Made by a program: the position numbers and the translations under genes. Shown here piece by piece: positions 29,058 to 37,449 of a stretch of 64,000 nucleotides of DNA. The stretch's first letter is position 1, and every line of letters starts with the position of its first letter. Origin of the DNA: an uncultured delta proteobacterium (GTDB lineage Bacteria > Desulfobacterota > Desulfobacteria > Desulfobacterales > SG8-13); NCBI GenBank assembly GCA_963848135.1, contig CAWKCK010000018.1:324938-388937 (forward strand). The letters are read 5' to 3'. A model generated the notes under the pieces. That model saw only the letters and a program-made list of their open reading frames with translations, searched no databases and was not told where the DNA came from.

Positions 29058-29723
29058 ATGCCGCATCAAGATAAAAACCTCGTCCCGCACGGACATACAA
29101 CTGAATTAACGGATGACATTGAAAGTACAGTGGCATTTGAATTCATCCTAAACTTATTAAAATCCTCAGCTACCGTTACGCCGCCGCCGGACTTCACCCC
29201 CAAAGTCATACAATGCTTGTCACAACTGAACATCGATCCCCGCCGGTCATCCGACCGCAATTCCCTCAACGACCGGCTGCAGGATGCAATCGGAAACCTG
29301 ACTTCGCCCGCTACGGCAATGGAAATGGCGACGTGTTTTTTTCTCAGCGGCTTTTTCTACCTGGTACTGGGCATCAGCCTGCATCTTGGGCTGAAATCAC
29401 TGGGCGTCAATCCCCAAGCGACGGGCTGGATCTATTACCAACCACACCTCGCCGTGCTGATCGCCATGGGCTTCTCAACCGTGGGGTTTTTATTTTTGAA
29501 AAACAGCCACCGGGCATTCCGAATCGCCAATCTGACAACCATTGTCTATATTCTGTTTTCGATTTTCAACAGCGTGCAAGTGCAGTTAATTTCATCGAAT
29601 CCCTTCAGCATAAGCGCTGTGCTCTGTTTCTCAGCGGGAACCATATTCGTGGGCGTTTTTCTGGCCGTGACCGTAAATAATTTTAAACGCTGGGCATCTC
29701 CGTCGCGCATTGGCTCACCCTGA
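29058..29723 (+). CDS. Probable anti-sigma factor, 4-TM membrane protein
   Basis: PPPDFTPKVI motif resembling RsiW-like anti-sigmas, four hydrophobic segments, follows the ECF gene. Confidence 0.6.
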   Translation: MPHQDKNLVPHGHTTELTDDIESTVAFEFILNLLKSSATVTPPPDFTPKVIQCLSQLNIDPRRSSDRNSLNDRLQDAIGNLTSPATAMEMATCFFLSGFFYLVLGISLHLGLKSLGVNPQATGWIYYQPHLAVLIAMGFSTVGFLFLKNSHRAFRIANLTTIVYILFSIFNSVQVQLISSNPFSISAVLCFSAGTIFVGVFLAVTVNNFKRWASPSRIGSP

Positions 29724-29840
29724 GTCTTTACAGTGCCCATCTTTGAAAGGCAGATAGCATGTCTCATGATTGTTATGGCAAATTTAAACCCTGCAGAAAA
29801 ATTTCTATGTAATATGCGGGAAAACAAGAAAGAAGCATCT

Positions 29841-30329
29841 ATGGTCAAATCAGAGTCAGGATTTACCATCTTTGAAATCTTGGTCGTGCTGATCATTTTG
29901 AGCATAATCATGGTATTTGCCATCGGGCGGGGAAGGGTTACCGGTGCGGATGTGAAAGTTCAAACCGAGGTGTTGAAGAGCCAGCTGAGGCACGCCCAGG
30001 CCAGGGCCATGAACGACAATAATTCCTGGGGCATTCAAACCGACAGTTCCGGTGGCGCCTACTGGTTATTTCGATATGACGGCAGCTTCAACCAGTTCCG
30101 TCTTCCGGGCGAGGATGCACTAACAATTAATCTCGCTGTAAAAGGCCTGAGTATGACGCCGGGGATCTATTCCTTTGATCCTGACGGCACCCCCCACTTT
30201 GATTCTGACCCGACAGCGAGTCAACCGTCGACGGCCGTCCTGCCGTCACCGGGTCAGCAAATCACAATCTCCGATGGCACCGATAGCTACATCATCCTGC
30301 TTACCAGAAACACGGGATTCATTCAATGA
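29841..30329 (+). CDS. Minor pilin (MshC/FimT/GspH-like)
   Basis: ESG|FTIFE, LRHAQARAM, FDPDGTP, TGFI. Start set at ATG 29841 (ORF track 29733). Confidence 0.85.
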   Translation: MVKSESGFTIFEILVVLIILSIIMVFAIGRGRVTGADVKVQTEVLKSQLRHAQARAMNDNNSWGIQTDSSGGAYWLFRYDGSFNQFRLPGEDALTINLAVKGLSMTPGIYSFDPDGTPHFDSDPTASQPSTAVLPSPGQQITISDGTDSYIILLTRNTGFIQ

Positions 30330-30772
30330 AACGGTTGTTATCAAAAATAGGTACTCAAAACGGATTCACGCTGCTTGAGGTCATCATCGCCATGATTGTT
30401 GCCGCCATATTGGGGGCCATTCTGCTCGAATTCATGGGCCATACGGTACAGAAAAGCTATCAACCCATCCAGATGGCGCGTGAGAATATGGAACTCAACG
30501 AAATTGTTGAGAAGATGAATGCCGACTACAAAAAGCGCCTGCTTCTCTCTCCCGATCCGCTGGTTGGCTTCAAAAGCGATGTTGAGGCGGGCAATACGGC
30601 CTCTCCTCTGCCCTACTATGGAGATTACTCGGTGACGACGTCCTGGATTGCCTTCGACGGAGCTGGCCAGGAAATCGCGGACACCAACCCGATGGACCCT
30701 TTACACCAAAGAATTCTGAAAGTTACCGTGGTTAGGGGCCAGCATGAAATCACGACTCTTTACACGAGGTAG
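30326..30772 (+). CDS. Minor pilin (MshD/PilV-like)
   Basis: QNG|FTLLE; ATGA overlap with the upstream gene; C-terminal LKVTV...TLYTR. Confidence 0.85.
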   Translation: MKRLLSKIGTQNGFTLLEVIIAMIVAAILGAILLEFMGHTVQKSYQPIQMARENMELNEIVEKMNADYKKRLLLSPDPLVGFKSDVEAGNTASPLPYYGDYSVTTSWIAFDGAGQEIADTNPMDPLHQRILKVTVVRGQHEITTLYTR

Positions 30773-30829
30773 AAAGGCCCTATAGCCACGTTAGATTCAA
30801 CTGCCGGGATCGCCTTCAGGAATGTAATT

Positions 30830-33238
30830 ATGAAAACACCGAGTGCCGGATTCACACTGGTTGAAGTCATCGCGTCACTTTTGATCGTTGGAATACTTGG
30901 CGCCATCGCCGGGATGGGAATGGTCACCGGCATGCAGGGGTATATGCAGACCAAGGAAAATGCCCACCTGGTTCAGAAAGCCCAGGTCTCGATGGACCGC
31001 ATTAGTCGTGAACTGATAAAACTGACTGATGTTGTTGCCCGTGACGATGGTTCCGACCCCTGGGTCATATTCGATAACATTACTGAACGACAGGCCTTGG
31101 CTAAGGTGGGTGACACTCTGCAGCTTTTCAGGCTTTCTGCCGGGGCAACAGACCTTTCGGGGGTGACGGGAGACATCCTTGTCGACCAAGTGGACAGGTT
31201 CAGCGTAACTTACAAAAAAGGCCCCTTGGACTGGATTATCTCAGACGGTGTCGACCTGCTCTCAGCCATTAGAGTGGAGTTAGACCTGCAACGATTAGAA
31301 TCTAGCGGTAATATAATTACATTTGCCAACACCATAAATCCACGCAATACCAGAAATTCGAGCGGGGCTTCCACTACGGTACAGGAACCTTACACGGCGC
31401 CCCAATATCAGTGTTTCATTTCAACTGCCGCTGCCACCGGCACCTCGCCGCCGATGAATGGGTATCTTGTACCCATGCTTTTGATTGCTGCGACGCTTGG
31501 ACTCATGAGTATCGTAACGTATTGTCTGCGCCGCAGTAGAAGCCGGCCTTGGCACACGCAATCGCGAAGGACACAGTGCTGGAACCCTGCCGGCGGTATC
31601 AAGTCAGCGACAGAAGAAAGAGGCAATGTGTTGGTCGGGCTTGTGGTCACCATGCTGCTATTTGCGGCTCTGGGGGCCGGTATGGTGACAATGACCGGCA
31701 CCTCCTCAACCAGCCAGGTGGTCGGCAACACCTCTGTCAGGGCCTACTATGTGGCCGAATCCGGTTTCCGCTATGCCGCCAGCCGCTACCTCAACACCAC
31801 CGATGCCAACAACCGCTACGAATCCAAGGATGAAAAAAACCAGACCCTGGAAGCCTTGGACAATCGTACGCATACACTGTCCAACGACGATGGCAGTTTT
31901 CGCCTGAGAATATTCCCTTATTATCTTAGCGTACTCGCCGATGCCAACGCCAATGCCACCTCTCTGTATACAAAGTTTCCGGGCAGCCAGCCGAATGGAT
32001 TCACTTTGCCGCCAGCCGGCCTCATCGCGCGGATAAAAATCGGCAATATGGTTCACACCTATGGCAGCTACAATAGCGGGACCGGCCAATTCAGCACGAT
32101 CTCACCCCCTTTACTGGATAACGTTTATCAGAACGCGACTGTCAAACTGGTCGGCATCCCTGCCGGAAGCACCGTACTCTCCCAAGGCGGCGACCTGTCG
32201 CTCGCCAGTGCGAGCTTTTTCCCGCAGCTTCAAGGGCGTATAAAGATCAATGGCGTCGCCTACAGTTATATCACCAGTGACGTCAGCACCAACACCCTGC
32301 AAGACATTTATCAGGTCGACGACCCGAGCGCGGCTTTCAACATTGCGGTGGATACCACCACAGATATCGTCCTCGAACCCTTCGTCCAGGTGCGGTCTAT
32401 CGGAACCGTCGGCACCGGCGATCTGACCGCCACACGCGAAGTCGTCTTTAACACCCCATTGCCGGAAAAACCGGGAACGGTGGAAGCCGAAGAATTCAGG
32501 GATGAGTTTAGCGACCTGAGCCACTGGAATGCCGCGACACTTGGCTCTTTCGCCATCGCAAATGTCGGGGGCGAAAATGTCCTGGCCGTCACCAATGTCG
32601 AACCCGGGTTCGGCATCCTCAAAGCCAGCCTCATCGGTTTCGATTGGACCACGACACCCATTAACTTTGCCTCGACCCATCGCACGGCCGGGTATTATCT
32701 GAGCTACGACAGCCAGGTGAAAATCGGCTTTGATACCGCCCCCTTTCCGGAAACCGGCTGGGGACCGGAGGGATCCCCCATTCCGAAACATTTCGCTGCC
32801 GGTCTTTCTTTCCGGCTGGACGAGAACCAGAATTTCTACGGCCTCTCCTTCATGCGCGGCTGCACGGGTTCAGAAGGGATAGACTGCAGTCCACCGGATA
32901 GGATAGACGACCCCATCGTCCCGGTAGACGATGTCAAGGTTGTCGTTTTGTGGCAGCAAACCGGCGACGGCTCGGACCGGCAGTGGTTGGCCTACAGCGA
33001 GTTGGGGCTGCTTTTTTCAGATGGCGCCGAACTGGAGCCACCGCCGGGCAAATGGACGGCCGACGACGATCATCCTGGCGATCCGCTCTGGACGAGGGCC
33101 GACAACTATGCATTCAGCGGAACCTACTCTTGGTCAACGAGCCCGGCCGGTACTTACACCGACCCGCCCTCCGGCGAAACCTGGAACGATTCCCTGACCT
33201 CGGAGGTGATCGATCTTTCCAATGCCACAAGCAGCTGA
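30830..33238 (+). CDS. Minor pilin (MshO/PilW-like) fused via CFI motif + TM to a PilX/MshP-like pilin-adhesin; N-terminal part of a frameshifted gene
   Basis: SAG|FTLVE leader; CFISTAA at aa 195; TM; second leader ERG|NVLVGLVVTMLLF...AYYVAESG at aa 265; beta-rich C-terminus broken mid-domain. Confidence 0.85.
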   Translation: MKTPSAGFTLVEVIASLLIVGILGAIAGMGMVTGMQGYMQTKENAHLVQKAQVSMDRISRELIKLTDVVARDDGSDPWVIFDNITERQALAKVGDTLQLFRLSAGATDLSGVTGDILVDQVDRFSVTYKKGPLDWIISDGVDLLSAIRVELDLQRLESSGNIITFANTINPRNTRNSSGASTTVQEPYTAPQYQCFISTAAATGTSPPMNGYLVPMLLIAATLGLMSIVTYCLRRSRSRPWHTQSRRTQCWNPAGGIKSATEERGNVLVGLVVTMLLFAALGAGMVTMTGTSSTSQVVGNTSVRAYYVAESGFRYAASRYLNTTDANNRYESKDEKNQTLEALDNRTHTLSNDDGSFRLRIFPYYLSVLADANANATSLYTKFPGSQPNGFTLPPAGLIARIKIGNMVHTYGSYNSGTGQFSTISPPLLDNVYQNATVKLVGIPAGSTVLSQGGDLSLASASFFPQLQGRIKINGVAYSYITSDVSTNTLQDIYQVDDPSAAFNIAVDTTTDIVLEPFVQVRSIGTVGTGDLTATREVVFNTPLPEKPGTVEAEEFRDEFSDLSHWNAATLGSFAIANVGGENVLAVTNVEPGFGILKASLIGFDWTTTPINFASTHRTAGYYLSYDSQVKIGFDTAPFPETGWGPEGSPIPKHFAAGLSFRLDENQNFYGLSFMRGCTGSEGIDCSPPDRIDDPIVPVDDVKVVVLWQQTGDGSDRQWLAYSELGLLFSDGAELEPPPGKWTADDDHPGDPLWTRADNYAFSGTYSWSTSPAGTYTDPPSGETWNDSLTSEVIDLSNATSS

Positions 33239-34316
33239 GCTGACTTTCAGAACCCGATACCGCATCGATTCCTGCGAGGACAATGGATTGGTTGAAATTT
33301 CTGGTGATGGAGGTTCAAATTGGATTCCATTGAACGATAATATATCGCAACACTGTGGCGGATCAGAACCTGACGATTCGAGTGAAGCCCGCTACACCAG
33401 CAACAGTGATGAAATAACGGGAAATATTAACGGCTGGCTGAAAAAGTCCCTCGACATCAGCAGTTACGCCGGCAACCCCAACGTCCGAATCCGGTTCAGA
33501 TTCGAAAGAAACCCCTCCAATACCCGCGACGGCTGGTGGCTCGACGATATCCGGGTCATCCAGGATTTTGATATCAACGACGCCACCCTGCTGGTGCGGA
33601 TCTACGAAGCGACCCTGGTCGAGTTCGACAGCGGCGGCCGAACGGTCGGCCCGGACACGATCGATATCGATGCCGGGGATATCGTTTACCAGTCCAACGG
33701 CGCCAGGGGCCGGGTCATCGTACCGCCGATCCTCTCCTCGGGCAGCTGGTCCGGTGGTACCGCCGATGGAATGCTGTGGCTCAACAACACCTCTGATGAC
33801 GATTTTTCAACGAGCCTGCCGCTGAGCGTCGTGAAGGTGAGCGGATCGAATATTGCCAATGTCACAAATGTCAATATGCGCAAAAATTTCATTCAGGCCT
33901 TCTACGGGGCTCAGAATGGCGTCAGTCCACCGACCAGCCCCGATCTTGCCGGCTTATACCAATATGACCAAGAACGCCTGAGTAACCTGTTCGGTACGGC
34001 CCACTGGCCCCCGAATCCGATCTATATTTCCCCTCCCGACCCCCCATATAGCGGTACAAACGACTATTTTACCCTGGTGCAATGGAACGATGTCGTGCAA
34101 GGCGCCACCCGCATGGCGGATGAAAACGACAAATATACGATCATCGCTTCCAGTCAGGCGGATCTCTTCTCACCCGTGGACACCTACTTTCCCTATACCC
34201 GTCCCGAACTCGGCCTGCACGCCATTGGTCACGGCGCTGCCAACGTTTATTACAAGGACTTTGCCATCCGGGCCGGTATGGCCGTGCAAACCGGGCTGAT
34301 CCCGATACAACAATAA
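33222..34316 (+). CDS. C-terminal part of the pilus adhesin (+1 frame continuation of the 30830 ORF)
   Basis: LTSEVIDLSNAT (upstream frame) continues into AELTFRTRY...VEISGDGGSNW...VRIRFRF...DGWWLDDIRV, one jelly-roll domain. Confidence 0.8.
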   Translation: MPQAAELTFRTRYRIDSCEDNGLVEISGDGGSNWIPLNDNISQHCGGSEPDDSSEARYTSNSDEITGNINGWLKKSLDISSYAGNPNVRIRFRFERNPSNTRDGWWLDDIRVIQDFDINDATLLVRIYEATLVEFDSGGRTVGPDTIDIDAGDIVYQSNGARGRVIVPPILSSGSWSGGTADGMLWLNNTSDDDFSTSLPLSVVKVSGSNIANVTNVNMRKNFIQAFYGAQNGVSPPTSPDLAGLYQYDQERLSNLFGTAHWPPNPIYISPPDPPYSGTNDYFTLVQWNDVVQGATRMADENDKYTIIASSQADLFSPVDTYFPYTRPELGLHAIGHGAANVYYKDFAIRAGMAVQTGLIPIQQ

Positions 34317-34324
34317 AATTTATC

Positions 34325-34352
34325 CGTTGCCCACAATATTCCGTGGGCAACG
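34325..34352. terminator. Stem-loop after the pilus cluster (terminator or REP-like)
   Basis: CGTTGCCCAC-8nt-GTGGGCAACG perfect 10-bp stem; no U-tract on the + strand. Confidence 0.5.
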
Positions 34353-34513
34353 TGAAAAGGTTAAGTGGTTTGCATAAATCCTTTCATGCATTATATTTCC
34401 CTTGTTTGTTTTCCAGTACGCGAATCTTCGCATTCCATGATTATCTTTTTGCAGTTTCTATAAACAACGCTATATAATTTTCTACCCGAAAATTATTTTG
34501 AAAGGAAAATAGT

Positions 34514-35269
34514 ATGAAACTGGCGGTAAGCGGTAAAGGCGGGGTCGGCAAAACGACATTCGCAGCCCTACTCATCCGGACCTTGAATCAAGAGGGCAAA
34601 CGGGTTCTGGCCATCGATGCCGACCCGGACGCCAATCTGGCAGCCGCACTCGGTATTGCCGACGGAGATAAGATTACCCCGATATCCGAGATGAAAGACC
34701 TCGTCTTCGAACGGACCGGTGCACAGCCCGGTATCGTCGGGGGCTACTTTTCACTCACGCCCAAGGTCGACGACCTGCCGGAATCCCTTTCGGCCAGGCT
34801 TGAAAACATTAAACTGATGCGCCTGGGCGGCGTTTCCAAAGGCGGCGCCGGGTGTATCTGTCCCGAAAGCAGCCTGCTCAAGGCGCTGGTGCGGCACGTC
34901 GTACTGCAACGGGACGAGGTGGTGGTGATGGACATGGAAGCCGGAATCGAGCACCTCGGTCGCGCCACCGCCAAGGCGGTCGACAAGCTCATTGTGGTGG
35001 TCGAGCCCGGCCGGCGCAGCATCGACACCGCTGGTCATATCAAACAACTGGCATCTGAAATCCAGCTGAACAATATTGCCGTTGTCGGTAACAAAATTCG
35101 CAGTTCCAAAGATGAAGCCTTTCTAAAGAACCATCTTTCCGATTTCGATTTCCTCGGTTTTATGCCTTATGACGAGGCTCTCATTGAAGCGGATCTTGAG
35201 GGAAAATCGCCGTTCGATGTCGACTCTACGGCCAAAAGCATAATGAAGGAGATGATCAGCCGACTCTAA
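34514..35269 (+). CDS. cooC: CO dehydrogenase/ACS nickel-insertion ATPase CooC
   Basis: GKGGVGKTT, DADPDANL, GAGCICPE, DMEAGIEHLGR. Confidence 0.9.
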   Translation: MKLAVSGKGGVGKTTFAALLIRTLNQEGKRVLAIDADPDANLAAALGIADGDKITPISEMKDLVFERTGAQPGIVGGYFSLTPKVDDLPESLSARLENIKLMRLGGVSKGGAGCICPESSLLKALVRHVVLQRDEVVVMDMEAGIEHLGRATAKAVDKLIVVVEPGRRSIDTAGHIKQLASEIQLNNIAVVGNKIRSSKDEAFLKNHLSDFDFLGFMPYDEALIEADLEGKSPFDVDSTAKSIMKEMISRL

Positions 35270-37408
35270 TGGCCCGACGCGCAGCATCACCACATCCCCA
35301 CCGCCACTCGAAACGCAGACAAAAAAAAAACTTCCATGGGGCGCGTTTGCAGCGCCTGAAAGCCGGGGCGGATAAAAAACTCACAAAGGTTTTTGCGGGC
35401 ATCGGCGTACCGCCCCAAAAACCTTTTAAACCGGACCGGTTTCAAACCGAGGCTGTTGCGGCCATTCAGCAGTCGGACTGCCTCGTCACGGCGCCGACCG
35501 GCGCCGGTAAAACCTGGATCGCCAGGCAGGCGATCGCCCGCCTGCTCAAAAACAACGGCCGGTCTTGGTACGCCTCCCCCCTCAAAGCGCTTTCGAATGC
35601 AAAATATGCCGAATTCACCGAAATTTTCGGTGACGGACCAGGTCGGTATCCTGACCGGTGATAGAAAAGAAAACCCGGAAGCCCCTGTGATCGTCGGTAC
35701 GACCGAAATCCTGCGAAATCACCTTTACGATGCCATGCACAGCGGCAAAAGCATGCATACCGATCTGGTCATCCTCGACGAAGCGCATTATCTGGGTGAT
35801 CCTGAACGCGGCGTCGTGTGGGAAGAAATCATGATTTATCTTCCCGTCCGCATCCCTCTGCTCCTGCTTTCCGCCACCATCGGCAATGCCGGGCAGATTG
35901 CGGACTGGTTGGCCGGAATGCGCAATAGAAAGTGCACTGTCGTGGCAGAAAACAAGCGGCCGGTGCCGCTCTACCCCCTGTTTTTGCATCCTTCAGGCAC
36001 GCTATTGCCCTATCTGGCGCCGGCTGCCGCCGGTAAAAAACCAACCGTTTATAAAAAATTGAATGACTTTATTAACCTGCGGCGCAGACCGATGATCTCA
36101 CCACCGGGCAAACTGCCGCCTTTCGGTGATATGCTGGGAGTATTGAAAAAATTCAATCTCCTCCCGGCCATTTTCTTTCTAAAATCTCGCGCCGACTGCG
36201 ACCGGGCCCTGCAACTCTGCCGGGACAATCAACAACAGAGCCGCGGTCAGAAAGACAACCGCATCCATCGGATTCATGAACTGGTATCCGAGAGCCCGCA
36301 TATTATCCGCCACCGTCAGCGATGGTCTCTGGAACACCTGGCGGTGGGCTCCCACCACAGCGGCCAATTGCCGGCCTGGAAACTTGTGATAGAAACCTTG
36401 ATGGTTGAAGGGTTGCTCGATGCCGTGTTCGCAACCAGCACGGTGGCGGCCGGTGTCAATTTTCCTGCCCGCACGGTTGTTTTTTTTAATTCCGATCGCT
36501 TCAACGGTGTGGAATTCAAGCCCCTGACTCCGACTGAATTTCATCAAATGACCGGCAGAGCCGGCCGCCGAGGCATGGACAACATCGGTTTCTGCGTCGC
36601 GGTACCGGGCCGATATATGGATTTGCGCCTCACCGCACGACTTCTCCATGCAGCTCCGTCCGATGTCATCAGCCAGATCAAAGTTAATTTTTCCATGGTG
36701 CTTAATCTGTTACTGTCGCACACCCCGGAGCAGATTGAAAATCTTCTGGCCCGCTCTTATGCGACCTACCTGTTACGAAACCCTTCTTCGGGTCGATCCT
36801 CCCGATCTTTTCCTAAGACATGGCAGCCGACAGAAACCGCTCTCTGGCAGGATTTTCTGCGCCACTTGGCTTTTCTTAAAGACCACGATTATGTCACCCG
36901 CGACGGCGGATTGACGGAGGACGGAAAGTGGGCATCGAAGCTTCGGGTTGACCAACCCCTGTTGATCGCTGAAGGACTTCGAAAAAACGTATTCCCTCAA
37001 AATGACCCCCTCCTGATGGCGGCCATCACTGCGGCATTTGTCTACGAAAGGGAATCTGATGACCGGATGGAAAAAGCGTGGCTGTCAAAGCCCCTGATGA
37101 AGGTTATCACCCATCTGAGAAAGGCTTTGACACCTTTTGTACAGGATATGATTGCCAAAGGATTTCATGTGCGGCCCCTATACTTGAAACCGGCTGCTGC
37201 GGTTCACGCCTGGGCTGCGGGCGAAACCTGGGAAAGGACGCTGGCGATAGCTGAAGCGGAGGAAGGTATTCTGGCGGCCCTGATTCTGCGGACGGCCGAC
37301 AATCTGAGGCATATCAAAAATCTGCAGGCGATATTTCCTGAAGCCGCTGAAACGGCGGCAATTGCCACCGACCTCATTCTACGAGATCCGGTGGCACTGT
37401 ATTATTGA
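35269..37408 (+). pseudogene. Ski2/HelY-like DEAD/DEAH helicase with +1 frameshift near 35632 (pseudogene or sequence error)
   Basis: Q motif, APTGAGKT and SPLKALSN in the frame of 35269; VGILTGD, DEAH, SAT and QMTGRAGRRG in the frame of 35393. Confidence 0.85.
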
Positions 37409-37449
37409 AATGAGCGCAGGTAAAATACGCCATTGGCTTTGCTAACGGA

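Noticed and set aside
35321..35330. A10 run in the helicase as a phase-variation switch explaining the frameshift
   Set aside because: The frame after the run still encodes Walker A; the break is about 300 bp downstream.
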